DNA of 64,000 bases from an uncultured Bacteroidales bacterium (GTDB lineage: Bacteria > Bacteroidota > Bacteroidia > Bacteroidales > VadinHA17). The position numbers and the translations under genes are program-made. Position 1 is the stretch's first letter; each line of letters opens with the position of its first letter. Positions 10,703 through 21,522 of this stretch are shown here, in pieces. The notes below the pieces were generated by a model, which had not been told where the DNA came from, searched no databases, and was given only the letters and a program-made list of their open reading frames with translations. The stretch is taken from positions 7,607 through 71,606 of the forward strand of contig CAVPBE010000004.1 of the NCBI GenBank assembly GCA_963701745.1. The letters run 5' to 3'.

Positions 10703-12967
10703 ATGAAAAGAATATTCATAATATGCGTTTTGATATTATTTTATCATTCATTAAACGCACAAAACAAGATCATAGGAAAAATTACAGACCAGAATAATTT
10801 ACCATTGACAGGAGCAACAATATTCATATCAGACATGAATAAAGGAACAATTTCAGATAAAAATGGGAATTATGAATTATCAAATTTACCAAATGGCAAA
10901 AACAGAATTCAGTATTCATTCGTTGGTTTCGCTAACCGTATTGAAACAGTTGAGCTTAAATGGAGAAAGTATAGAACTTAATATTTCACTAAAACAAACG
11001 GCAATTGAAGCAGACGAAGTGGTGGTTATCCGGTGGTTATAATTCAACCCAACATGAAAATGCAGTAAAAATTGACGTACTAAAACTTGACCCTCATACA
11101 ATTAAAAATACACCTAATTTCACAGAAGTACTTACACAAGTGCCTGGCGTTGAAATGATTTCTAAAGGGAGCGGCGTTTCAAAACCTGTTATTCGTGGAC
11201 TTTCAATGAATGACATTTTGGTTTTAAATAATGGAGTGCGGTTTGAAAATTATCAGTATTCAAGTCATCATCCACTTGGAATTGACGAATTTGGAATTGA
11301 AGATGTTGAAATCATCAAAGGACCTGCTTCATTGCTTTATGGCTCCGATGCAATTGGCGGGGTTATTAATTTTATCAAAGAAAAACCTGCTCCTGTTGGC
11401 AGTATTATTGGCGATTACAATTTGCAGTTTTTTTCAAACACACTTGGAATGACAAATAATTTTGGAATAAAAGGAGCATCGAAGAAATTTTTCGGAGGAT
11501 TAAGAGTTGGTCAAAAAACAAATTCCGATTTTCTTGCAGGGAGGTGGTGCTTTTGTTCCCAATTCGCGTTTTAATGAAATATCAGTTAAAAGCAAATGCA
11601 GGATTATACAGATAAAGTCGGAACATTTCAAATTGTTTTATGATTTCAATAATCAGAAACTTGGATTGGTGGAAGACGAAGCAATTGAAGAAATCACAGA
11701 AAGAGGAAGAGAAAACAGAAATTTGGTATCAGGAATTGAATACTCATTTACTTTCTTCGCAAAACAAGTTGTATTTGGGCAAATTTAAACTTGATATTAA
11801 TTCAGCATATCAGAATACAGAATTGATTCATTTTGGTGAAGTAGATGTTTATGAAATACAAATGAGGCTTTCAACACTTAACTTATGAAGCCAGGCTTCA
11901 TTTACCTTCGAAAGAAAATTCAGAATATATTATCGGTTTTCAGGGTTTTAATCAAACAAATACAAATCTGAATGACAGAGAAACAATGTTATTGCCTGAT
12001 GCTATAACAAACAATTATTCTGCTTTTGGTTTATTACAATATACTTTTTTAAAGAAATTAAAATTGCAAACAGGTGTTCGTTACGACAATAAATCAATTT
12101 CAACACAAGCAGTTGGGTCAGCCAGCTGACCCGTATGACCTATCGTGCAGCCCTTGATAAGTATTTTGGCAGTTTCAGCGGTTCGTTTGGTGCAACATAT
12201 AATTTATCTGAAAAACTTCTTATTCAGAGCAAACTTTGCCGCTGCTTACCGTACTCCAAATTTAGCTGAACTTACTTCAAACGGACAGCACGAATTGCGA
12301 TACGAAATCGGGGATAATAATCTTGTTCCTGAAAATGCCTATGAAACGGATTTGAGTATTCATTACCATAAAGATAATTTCACTTTCGACATTGCAGGTT
12401 TTTACAATATCATCAATAATTATATTTTTATTTCACCAACAGGCGACACTACATCTTCGGGGATTGATATATACAAATATAAGCAGGCTAATTCAGCTTT
12501 ATTTGGTGGTGAGGCAGGTTTGCATATTCATCCAAAACAATTAGAATGGCTGCATTTTGAAACAACATTTTCATCAGTTATCGGAAAACAAGACAATGGT
12601 GACTATTTGCCTTTTGTACCTGCGCACAAATTGCGTTTTGAATTAAGGGCAGAAAAAGAAAACTTATTGTTTCTGCAAAAAGCATTTGTTTCAGTTAATA
12701 CAAGCAACTGCATTTAATCAAAATGAATGCTGCTCCTGATGAAACAACAACTGCAGGTTACTACACTTTTAGATCTGAGTATAGGAGGAAATATAAAAAT
12801 GAAAAACCAATTTATTTCAGTCAGGCATAAGTGCAAATAACATTTTTGATAAAAAATATATTGACCATTTATCGACATTAAAAGAAGTGGATTTATATAA
12901 TCCGGGGAGAAATATTGCATTAAATTTAAGAATCCCATTTTCAATAACAAAAGATGAGAAACAATAA
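10703..12967 (+). CDS. TonB-dependent outer-membrane receptor (many frameshifts)
   Basis: CarboxypepD-like N-domain, plug motifs KPVIRGL and VEIIKGPASLLYGSDAIGGVIN, RTPNLAEL, C-terminal YNPGRN..LNLRIPF. Confidence 0.85.
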
Positions 12968-13001
12968 CATACCTTGATAAACCTCAAAGATAATCAAAAT
13001 C

Positions 13002-13636
13002 ATGAAAATAGTAGTATTTGGGGCAAGCGGTAAAACAGGCTCATTGTTAATACAAGAAGCATTAACATCAGGTCATGAATGTAATAGCTTATGTTCGCAA
13101 ACCAGGAATCTGTTAAATCAGATCATCCGAATTTAAAAATTGTTCAGGTTATCTGAATGAAAAGGACAAACTTAAATCAGTCATTACCGGTTCGGATGCA
13201 TGTATTTCAACTCTCGGTGGAGCATCTCTGACAAAACACAGTAGAGAAATTATTGAGGGAATAGATAATATCGTCAGCATTATGGAAGAAGAAAAAGTAA
13301 TACGCTTTATTTATTTATCGAGTTTCGGTGCCGGCGATAGTCGCAAATATATGCCTCAGCCTATTCGTTTTCTTATTGCTGATGTTATGCTTCTTGTACC
13401 TTTAGCTGACCACAATACCAACGAAAGTCGTATTGCTAAAAGTCAACTTAACTGGACAATAGTCCGCCCGGGAGGATTAACCAATGGTGCTAAAACTGAC
13501 AATCTGAAACATGGTTGCGAAATGACAAAAACTTAAAGGTAGTTTAAGTATCTCACGGTTAAATGTGGCAGCTTTTCTTCTTAATCAGGTTAGCAATAAT
13601 GACTATGCGAATAAGAGTGTTTGGTTACATGAATAA
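13002..13636 (+). CDS. NAD(P)H-binding flavin-reductase-like protein (frameshifted)
   Basis: MKIVVFGASGKTG at 13002; LNWTIVRPGGLT; ISRLNVAAFL near the end. Confidence 0.75.
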
Positions 13637-13656
13637 ATCATGTTGATATTTTAAAG

Positions 13657-14587
13657 ATGAGCACGAACAATATTGATTATCAGCACAGCATACCTCAAAG
13701 TTTTCAATCAAAACTTATACAAATGGCTATGGGTTTGTTTGGAATGAAAAAGAAAATGGAGAAGAAAAATGATAACAAACGGTTTTACAAAAAAACCGGC
13801 AAAGATCCCTAATTCATTATTGAAGTAACTTTAATATTCAGGAAGCTGAACAAAACGGCACGTAAGATATGGACAATTTCTCCTATTGATAGTAAATCTG
13901 ACCTGATTATTTTATATTTACATGGTGGTGCATATATGAGTAATATCCGCAAAGAACACTGGAGTTTGATTGAGAAATTAATCATTAAGACTGATGCTAC
14001 AATAATTGTTCCTGACTATCCATTGACACCGGAAGCCAGCTTGCAAAGAAACATATGATTTTATTAAAGATTTATTTACAAGATTGATAACTGATTATCC
14101 TGCAAAACGTATTATTTTCATGGGGGATTCTGCAGGTGGTGGATTAGCACTTAGGATTTACACAACAATTAAGAGATGAAAATAAAAAGCAGCCTGATCA
14201 GATAATAATTTTTTCTCCCTGGTTAGATGTCACTATGAGTAATCCCGAAATTAGAGAGATTAGACAAAGAGGATAATTTATTAAGTATTACCGGGCTTAA
14301 AAATGCCGGACAGAAATATGCTGGAAACTTAGATTTGAAAGATTTTCGGGTAAGCCCGATTTATGGCGACTTAACAGGTATGTGCAGAATATCAGTTTTC
14401 ACAGGTACAAGAGACATATTAAATGGAGATGCTAAAGAATTAAAAAAGTTAATGAAAGACCAAAACATCAAGCTTTAATTATTTTGAGTATCCGGATATG
14501 TTCCATGATTGGGTGATAATTACCAGTTTAAAGGAATCAAGTGATGTAATTAACAAAGTTGATAAACTTGTAAATGATTATGGATAG
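13657..14587 (+). CDS. Alpha/beta hydrolase, HSL-type esterase (frameshifted; not in ORF track)
   Basis: Manual translation: YLHGGAY (~13915), VPDYPLTP, MGDSAGGGL (~14120), SPWLD, MFHDW (~14500). Confidence 0.75.
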
Positions 14588-14681
14588 AAGAAACCAGCCA
14601 CACATCATAGCCGATGAAAACTCTTTTTCAGCATAAAGTCTTCAGCGTGATCATAATGTAATAAACCCAACAGATGATTTG

Positions 14682-15554
14682 TTAAAAGTACTTCTTAAGA
14701 TCACTTACTGATCTGACAGGATAAATATTATTGTACTTTTCAATTGCAGGTTCATCAGCCAGAGAACCGGATACAAGGATCTTTTGTGACCTGAATGCTG
14801 AGCTTAGGTTATTGAGATACTCTTCAGGTTCTGAAATTGAAAGATTCGATATAGTGCCTGTGACAAGTATGTCAGAATGCCATTTTTGGTTCACTTCAGT
14901 GAGAGCAAGAAATGGGGTCGTCTGACCCAGGTAAAGAACCTCATGCCCCAATTTTCGGATCAGATATGAATAGAAAAGAAGCCCCATTTCATGCAATTCA
15001 TTCTCAGGAAGGAACATGATAACTCTCTTTCTTTTCGGATCGTTTGCCGCTGGAAGGGAATAGGTTGCTGCAATTAGTCTTCCACGGAAAATGTTTGTTA
15101 CAAAATGCTCTCCACCTGTATTTACAGAACCGGTATGCCACATTATCCCAACCCTTTTGAGAAATGGAAATACCACATTGGAAAAGGTTTCTTCAAAACC
15201 AATGTTTATGATAGACCTTAAGAGGATTTCGTTAACAGAATTACCATTATAAGAGAGCATTGCAACAATTAAAGAGTTGATATATGTGTTAGAGCCGACA
15301 GAATCCATTAAAAGAAACTCAACCTTCTCTTCCAATTCAGATTCGGAATACCTGGCAATTTTTGAAATCTTGATTCCATTATGATAGATGATGGTGATGT
15401 TTATTAATCGCCTCAGGTCATCATCATCATACCACCTTCTGTTTGTATCAGTGCGTTTAGGTTTGATGATATTATATCGCCTCTCCCAGACCCTTATTGT
15501 AGCAGACTGTATACCGGTCAGTTTTTCAAGTTCGTATAAGGTGTAATGTCTCAT
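14682..15554 (-). CDS. MerR-family regulator with cobalamin-binding domain (CarH/LitR-like)
   Basis: MerR HTH (TIRVWERRY...NRRWY), W-x9-EH (WHTGSVNTGGEH), ExHxxG (ELHEMG), YLGQ; start trimmed to ATG 15554. Confidence 0.88.
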   Translation of the reverse strand: MRHYTLYELEKLTGIQSATIRVWERRYNIIKPKRTDTNRRWYDDDDLRRLINITIIYHNGIKISKIARYSESELEEKVEFLLMDSVGSNTYINSLIVAMLSYNGNSVNEILLRSIINIGFEETFSNVVFPFLKRVGIMWHTGSVNTGGEHFVTNIFRGRLIAATYSLPAANDPKRKRVIMFLPENELHEMGLLFYSYLIRKLGHEVLYLGQTTPFLALTEVNQKWHSDILVTGTISNLSISEPEEYLNNLSSAFRSQKILVSGSLADEPAIEKYNNIYPVRSVSDLKKYF

Positions 15555-15612
15555 CCTGAGAGTAATTCTGTTGATAAATATAGATATTATTGGAGTAGCA
15601 AAGATTGGCATC

Positions 15613-15644
15613 AAAAAAAAATCTGCAGCCTTTCGACTGCAGAT
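15613..15644 (-). terminator. Intrinsic terminator between fasciclin and MerR genes
   Basis: ATCTGCAG/CTGCAGAT stem followed on the minus strand by a T9 tract. Confidence 0.7.
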
Positions 15645-15662
15645 CTCTCTGGTTTAAAAATT

Positions 15663-17060
15663 CTATTTTCCTGAAGGCAAAAGAACCTTGTTTATAGTAT
15701 GAATAACCCCGTTAGTCCCTAAAACATTGACCAGGGCTGCATTTGTACTGATGGTAGCCAATGTTCCATTCCCGGAAGTAACTGTACCTGCGGTGGCGCT
15801 GATACTTATGTTACCATTCAGAGTGGGCACATTTCCTGTAATCAGGTCGCGTGAGAATACCCTGCCGGTTGTGGTTGTAGGCGAAGAAATGATATGATGC
15901 TGCAACACGGCTGTTAAGGTGTTAAGATTTATATCATTAATACCTGCCACACCTAAAGCTGTGTACAATTCCCTGAAAGCTGCATCAGTAGGAGCAAAAA
16001 CAGTTAGGTTTGAACTAGCTGTTGAGGCAGCAGTGAGCAATGCCGGAACTCTGACCAGAGCAGCTACCAGTTGTGTAAATTCTGCTCCCGTAGAAGCCGT
16101 GGAAAGTGCTGTAGCAATCTGAGCTATGGTTTGTGAAGGAGGCAATAAAGTTCTGTCGATAACATGTACAACACCATTATCAGCCAGTATGTCTGTGGTA
16201 ATGACACGTGTACGCCCATTGATAAATACCCCGTTTGAACCACGGTTACTCAGATAGAACATACCGCCTAATGTAGTTATAGCATTATTCGAAGGAGCAG
16301 TATTGGCCGGAAGCTGACTGGCCCTTACTTCACTGCCAACTACATGATAGCCTAGAACAGCATCGAGTGTAGCCTGTGCTGGTAATGTTGTTATACCTGC
16401 GGCTGTGAAAGCGTCATTAGTCGGTGCAAAAAGTGTTTTCTTTGAAGAATTGAGCAAAGTTGCAAGAATCGTAGGACTTGCAGCTGTTACTGCTGCAATA
16501 AGAGTTGTAAAGTTCTTACTGAAGTAAGCAGGCTCGACAACTGTGTTAACGAATCGTCCAATAGATGCAGGAACTAAAACCTGATCAATTATATGCACTA
16601 CACCGTTTGTGGCATTGACATCAGCAGTCAGTACTTTTGCGGATCCATTCAAACGGATACCTCCTGATGTCGTAACAGCAATGTTTTCTGTATTGGCAGT
16701 AGCAACATTACCAGCCTTTAACTGGGTTGAAAGAACAGCACCCGATGTTACTACATGGTACTGAAGTAATGATTTCAGAACCGGTTCAGGAACATCGTTA
16801 ATGCTTGATTGTCCTATGGTTGCAAGCAGGGCAGTAAAAGCATCATTTGTAGGAGCAAACACTGTAAATTTACCTGTCCCGCTAAGAGTTGAAACCAAAT
16901 CGGGAAATTTTGTCAGTGCTGTTACAAGTGAGCTTAGGGTTGGCTGAGCTTGAGCCAGCTGTACAATGCTATCTGTAGGTTCGTCTTTTTTTTCACACCC
17001 TGACATAATAAAAATGCCCATAAGTGCAATTAGTAAAGAAGTTAATCTGTAATTTTTCAT
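15663..17060 (-). CDS. Fasciclin-domain lipoprotein with three FAS1 repeats
   Basis: Lipobox MSGC; three FAPT(N/D)xAF ... NGV(V/I)HxI repeats. Confidence 0.9.
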   Translation of the reverse strand: MKNYRLTSLLIALMGIFIMSGCEKKDEPTDSIVQLAQAQPTLSSLVTALTKFPDLVSTLSGTGKFTVFAPTNDAFTALLATIGQSSINDVPEPVLKSLLQYHVVTSGAVLSTQLKAGNVATANTENIAVTTSGGIRLNGSAKVLTADVNATNGVVHIIDQVLVPASIGRFVNTVVEPAYFSKNFTTLIAAVTAASPTILATLLNSSKKTLFAPTNDAFTAAGITTLPAQATLDAVLGYHVVGSEVRASQLPANTAPSNNAITTLGGMFYLSNRGSNGVFINGRTRVITTDILADNGVVHVIDRTLLPPSQTIAQIATALSTASTGAEFTQLVAALVRVPALLTAASTASSNLTVFAPTDAAFRELYTALGVAGINDINLNTLTAVLQHHIISSPTTTTGRVFSRDLITGNVPTLNGNISISATAGTVTSGNGTLATISTNAALVNVLGTNGVIHTINKVLLPSGK

Positions 17061-17091
17061 GATCTGTTTATTTTAAATTAATTTTAAACAA

Positions 17092-17118
17092 TAAACATCA
17101 CAGAAAAGATATTGTTCA
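17092..17118 (-). promoter_or_regulatory. Candidate operator or ECF promoter TGAACA-N15-TGTTTA
   Basis: 31 nt upstream of the ATG; half-sites and spacing identical to 9053-9079. Confidence 0.55.
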
Positions 17119-17394
17119 TTATTATATTCATTTTATGAGTCATTTAATAAATTTATTATATTTACTTAATGCATATATGTGTTTTATATATCTGTTTTAT
17201 AATTATATAGTGCATATTTGAACTTTTTGCATTTTGTTCTTATTTATTTTAATATTAATGAACGCATTCGAAAATATAGATAATTGAAATAACTTCATTT
17301 TAATACTTATCTCGATAACTTAGTCTACGTTTGGACAGAGACCTTGATATGCCTTAAAACAATAACCAGAAAATAACTCTAATTATTCATACAT

Positions 17395-18150
17395 ATGAAG
17401 CAGTGGTACGAAGAACTCTTTCAGGATTTTGCAGATAATTACGACAGGGAAAATTTCACTGCCGGAACTATCGGTGAAGTAGATTTTATCGAAAGAGAAA
17501 TTAAATTCAATAAAGAAATCCGTATTCTTGATATCGGCTGCGGCACTGGGAGACATTCACTTGAACTGGCCCGAAGGGGTTACACAGTTACCGGATTCGA
17601 CCTGTCGCCCGGTATGATCGAAAAGGCAAAAGCCCTTGCACAGAAAGAAGAAATGAAAATCGATTTCCATGTAAGGGATGCCAGGAAATTTAATTTCGAT
17701 GGATCATTTGCTCTCGTAATAATGCTTTGTGAAGGGGCTTTCCCCCTGATGGAAAATGATGAAATGAACTATTCAATTCTCCAGAATGCATTCAACTCGA
17801 TAAAACCTGGTGGCAAACTGATCCAAACAACTCTGAACGGATTGTTTCCACTTTTTCATTCTGTGAAGGATTTCATGGACAAAGGTGATAACCTGGGTCA
17901 ATCGAATGGTAATACTTTTGATCTGATGACCTTCAGGGATCTGTCGGTCTATGAAATTGAAGATGATAATGGCGTTAAAAAGAGCCTCAAATGCAACGAA
18001 AGGTACTATGTCCCCTCTGAGATGTCATGGCTGCTAAAATCAGCAGGGTTTAAAAAGTCAGAGATCTTTGGATGCAAGCTTGGTGCGTTCAGCAGAAAGG
18101 ATGTCCTTACCACTGAAGATTTTGAGATGCTGATAATTGCTGAGAAATAA
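17395..18150 (+). CDS. Class I SAM-dependent methyltransferase
   Basis: ILDIGCGTGRH motif I, GFDLS, KPGG. Confidence 0.9.
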   Translation: MKQWYEELFQDFADNYDRENFTAGTIGEVDFIEREIKFNKEIRILDIGCGTGRHSLELARRGYTVTGFDLSPGMIEKAKALAQKEEMKIDFHVRDARKFNFDGSFALVIMLCEGAFPLMENDEMNYSILQNAFNSIKPGGKLIQTTLNGLFPLFHSVKDFMDKGDNLGQSNGNTFDLMTFRDLSVYEIEDDNGVKKSLKCNERYYVPSEMSWLLKSAGFKKSEIFGCKLGAFSRKDVLTTEDFEMLIIAEK

Positions 18151-18230
18151 AATTAAACTACCTTTAATAGTTGATTATTTTAGAATTCCTGATCTCAAAA
18201 CATAACAACTTCAAAACAAAACTAAAAACT

Positions 18231-18650
18231 ATGTCAGAAACAACTCAGGCAAAACCTTCAAGATGGGCAGGTGCCGTAAAAAGGACAAAAAAAGTTCTCA
18301 AGTGGACATTGTCACTACTTATTATTTTCCTAGTTACTTTCATATACTTCAAGTACTTTTTTACCTACAGCGAGGGTTACCGGGCAGGCTTATTGCAGAA
18401 GTTCTCAAATAAGGGAGTCGTTTTCAAAACTTATGAGGGTGAATTGATCCTAAGCAGCATTTCAAGTACTGCAAATGTTGCCCTTGCGTCTGAGAAATTC
18501 CTGTTTTCAGTAGTGAATAAAAATCTGAGAATCCAGTTTGACACACTTCAGGGAAGGAATGTGATTGTGCATTATAAAGAAAAGAAAGGGACCGTTCCCT
18601 GGAGGGGCGAATCAAAATACCTGGTTGACAGCATTGCGCTTCGAAAATAA
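18231..18650 (+). CDS. Conserved membrane-anchored hypothetical protein
   Basis: Single TM segment, then YSEGYRAG..QKFS.KG..FKTYEGEL; start trimmed to ATG 18231. Confidence 0.65.
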   Translation: MSETTQAKPSRWAGAVKRTKKVLKWTLSLLIIFLVTFIYFKYFFTYSEGYRAGLLQKFSNKGVVFKTYEGELILSSISSTANVALASEKFLFSVVNKNLRIQFDTLQGRNVIVHYKEKKGTVPWRGESKYLVDSIALRK

Positions 18651-18704
18651 TCTTACCCTTTAAAGGTTATTATAGACTGACCTTTTTTAACATAATTTCA
18701 TCTG

Positions 18705-19580
18705 ATGTCCCCGATTGTTAAAGAAACCATTAAAAGTATCTTTCTGATTGTTCTTGGTATATTTTCCGCAAGCTTCGGTCTCAAGGGATTTCTTATACCA
18801 AATCAGTTTATTGACGGAGGCGTGACTGGTATTTCAATGCTTGTATCTTTTTCCTCCGGTATACCTTTATCCCTGTTGATATTTGTCATAAATGTGCCAT
18901 TCATTATACTGGGCTTCAGTCAGATATCAAGGACCTTTGCAATTAAAGCCTTTGCAGCTATTGCCGGCCTGTCCATTGTGCTGGCAACTGTAAATTTTCC
19001 GGTAATAACTCACGACAAGCTGCTGATTGCAATTTTCGGAGGAATTTTCCTTGGGGCGGGGATTGGATTTTCGGTGCGCGGAGGTGGTGTACTCGACGGA
19101 ACGGAAATACTTGCATTGTACATATGGAGAAGGAGTGAAACCTCTATCGGCGACATGATAATGGTCTTTAATATTGTAATATTCAGCTCTGCTGCCTTCA
19201 TTCTTGGCATTGAAACCGCCTTATATTCTATTCTTACCTATCTTGCTGCTTCAAAAACGCTTGACTATCTTGTTGAAGGAGTTGAAGAATACACAGGGGT
19301 CACTATAATATCAGAAAAGAGCTCCAAAGTTAAGCGCATTCTGATGACAAAATTCGGACGTGGAATTACAATTTATAAAGGCAAACGCAGCATGATTGGG
19401 AAAAATGCAGATATGGATGGTGTTGCCGATATGGAGATCATTTTTACTATAGTTACCAAGCTCGAGATAGGGAAAGTCAAAAAACTTGTAAACGAAGTGG
19501 ATGAAAACGCCTTTATATATTGCTCACCTATAAGCAATACAAAAGGAGGGGTACTAAAGAAAAGACCTCTGCATGATTAG
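18705..19580 (+). CDS. YitT family membrane protein (with C-terminal DUF2179)
   Basis: IDGGVTGIS, INVPF, GGVLDGTEILA, RGITIYKG. Confidence 0.88.
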   Translation: MSPIVKETIKSIFLIVLGIFSASFGLKGFLIPNQFIDGGVTGISMLVSFSSGIPLSLLIFVINVPFIILGFSQISRTFAIKAFAAIAGLSIVLATVNFPVITHDKLLIAIFGGIFLGAGIGFSVRGGGVLDGTEILALYIWRRSETSIGDMIMVFNIVIFSSAAFILGIETALYSILTYLAASKTLDYLVEGVEEYTGVTIISEKSSKVKRILMTKFGRGITIYKGKRSMIGKNADMDGVADMEIIFTIVTKLEIGKVKKLVNEVDENAFIYCSPISNTKGGVLKKRPLHD

Positions 19581-19599
19581 AAGGAACATCTGAAAAAGC

Positions 19600-21144
19600 T
19601 TATAATTTAATTACCTTCTTCATTATTCCAAACATGCCTCTTATAAAAGTCGCACTCGTGAGAACTTTTACCACAGGGTTTCTGAGAACGCTTCCTCTTC
19701 TTGAAGAACCTGATGTACTTCTCCCTCCTCCTCCCCATCTCTCCTTTTCCCTTTCCTTCCTTGCAGCATCTTCTTCAGCTTGTTTCTGAACAGCTTCTAT
19801 TTTACCAGAGAGAAGCTCAAAAGCGCTTTCACGATCAATAGTCTCGCTGTATTTGCGGACCAGATCTGAACTTCTGTTAATTGAATCAATTTCGGATTGT
19901 GACAGAATATCCATTCTGCTCATCGGAGCTCGCATCATTGTCGCAGCTAACGGTGTCGGGATACCCTTTTCATTAAGTGCTGTTACAAGGGCCTCTCCTA
20001 TACCCAGGGATGTAAGAGTCTCATCTGTTTTATAGTAATCGGATAACGGGAAGTTTTCTGCAGTCAGCTTAATGGCCTGCCTGTCGATGGCCGTGAAAGC
20101 CCTGAGCGCATGCTGGATTTTCAATCCAAGCTGAGCAAGAACTTCATTCGGAACATCCATCGGGTTTTGAGTGACAAAAAAGACTCCAACTCCCTTTGAA
20201 CGTATGAGCTTGACAATATTTTCAATCTCGTTCAGGAGTGCTTTGCTTGCCTGGTTGAATACTAGATGCGCTTCATCGATGAATATCACAAGTTCGGGTT
20301 TTTCAATATCACCTCTCTCAGGCATTGTATCATAAACTTCTGCCAGAAGGCAGAGCATAAAGGTTGAAAAAAGCTTTGGTCGGTCCTGTATGTCGGTCAG
20401 TCTGATTATGTTAATATAGCCATTCCCATCCCTGTCGCGTCTCATCAGATCTCTTATGTCGAATGAGGTCTCACCGAAAAACAATTCTGCATCCTGCTGT
20501 TCAAGCTCTATTAACTTGCGTAGAATTATTCCAGTTGAGGCCGGTGAGATTTTTCCATAATCGCGATCCATTTCTGATTTTCCCTCTTCTGTAACATACT
20601 GTATAACCTTTTTAAGGTCTTTTATATCTAGCAACGGCATCTTTCTATCGTCACAATACTTGAAAATGACTGACAGAACTCCGCCCTGGGTATCGTTCAG
20701 GTCGAGGATTCTTGACAGAAGCACAGGGCCAAATTCAGAAACCGTTGCACGAAGCCTTACTCCGTCCTGCTTTGAAATTGTCAGTAGTTCGACCGGAGAG
20801 CCTCCAACCGAGTAAGGCAATCCGATCTTCGCATGTCGTTCTGTAATGAACGGTTTCTCTTGTCCGGGCATCGCTATCCCGCTGAGATCGCCTTTTACAT
20901 CCATCAGCAGAACCGGAACTCCTAGCCTTGAAAGTTGTTCTGAAATTACCTGAAGTGATTTTGTTTTTCCGGTTCCTGTAGCACCGGCAATGAGACCATG
21001 CCTGTTCATTGTCTTTAGAGGAACTTTTACATGGGCGTCTGAAAGCGGAGTGCCGTCAAGCATTGCACCACCCAGAATTATTGATTCCCCTTTGCATGCA
21101 TAACCATTATTGATATGAGCCGAAAACATTTCTTTTCTATCCAT
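19600..21144 (-). CDS. DUF853 HerA-like ATPase (YjgR family)
   Basis: NRHGLIAGATGTGKT Walker A, DVKGDLSG, FIDEAHL, RSKGVG, TQNP. Confidence 0.9.
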   Translation of the reverse strand: MDRKEMFSAHINNGYACKGESIILGGAMLDGTPLSDAHVKVPLKTMNRHGLIAGATGTGKTKSLQVISEQLSRLGVPVLLMDVKGDLSGIAMPGQEKPFITERHAKIGLPYSVGGSPVELLTISKQDGVRLRATVSEFGPVLLSRILDLNDTQGGVLSVIFKYCDDRKMPLLDIKDLKKVIQYVTEEGKSEMDRDYGKISPASTGIILRKLIELEQQDAELFFGETSFDIRDLMRRDRDGNGYINIIRLTDIQDRPKLFSTFMLCLLAEVYDTMPERGDIEKPELVIFIDEAHLVFNQASKALLNEIENIVKLIRSKGVGVFFVTQNPMDVPNEVLAQLGLKIQHALRAFTAIDRQAIKLTAENFPLSDYYKTDETLTSLGIGEALVTALNEKGIPTPLAATMMRAPMSRMDILSQSEIDSINRSSDLVRKYSETIDRESAFELLSGKIEAVQKQAEEDAARKEREKERWGGGGRSTSGSSRRGSVLRNPVVKVLTSATFIRGMFGIMKKVIKL

Positions 21145-21379
21145 AATTCAAATTTTTAGCCGGCCAAAACCGAGGTTTGCAATTTAGCATTTTAGGTTCA
21201 GTTTTCAAACTAGGAAAGAATATTCGATTAATCCGACAGGATTGCCGGTTTATGGTTGGTTGTTGCCGATTATCTGACAATGAATAATCTCTCACCTCTG
21301 TATAATACTTGTTAATGATAACCGATACTCATAAATTAAATTTTAATTCCGATTTGATAATATTGAGTAAATTGTTTAC

Positions 21380-21414
21380 AAACCAGTAACAAGAAACAAG
21401 AAACCGCGAACCCA
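21380..21414 (+). repeat. Degenerate heptamer tandem repeat (5 units)
   Basis: AAACCAG TAACAAG AAACAAG AAACCGC GAACCCA. Confidence 0.5.
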
Positions 21415-21421
21415 AATTAAT

Positions 21422-21462
21422 TAAACAGATTTAATAAAAAATGTTTAAAAATAGTATATTTG
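21422..21462 (+). promoter_or_regulatory. Bacteroidota -7 box TATATTTG with upstream palindrome TAAACA-N14-TGTTTA
   Basis: TAnnTTTG at 21455-21462; inverted repeat at 21422-21447. Confidence 0.5.
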
Positions 21463-21522
21463 AAACCTGATTGTTTGATTATTACTTTCAAATCATAATT
21501 AATTAACTTAAACCTTATTACA

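Noticed and set aside
18231-18650. 6-phosphogluconate dehydrogenase label that I recall for similar proteins
   Set aside because: Too short, membrane-anchored and lacks a Rossmann motif
19600-21144. HerA-like ATPase as an anti-phage system
   Set aside because: Matches the housekeeping-type DUF853/YjgR pattern; no Sir2, nuclease or other partner adjacent
21200-21335. Possible minus-strand gene remnant next to the heptamer repeats
   Set aside because: Multiple stops and no motif I can identify with confidence
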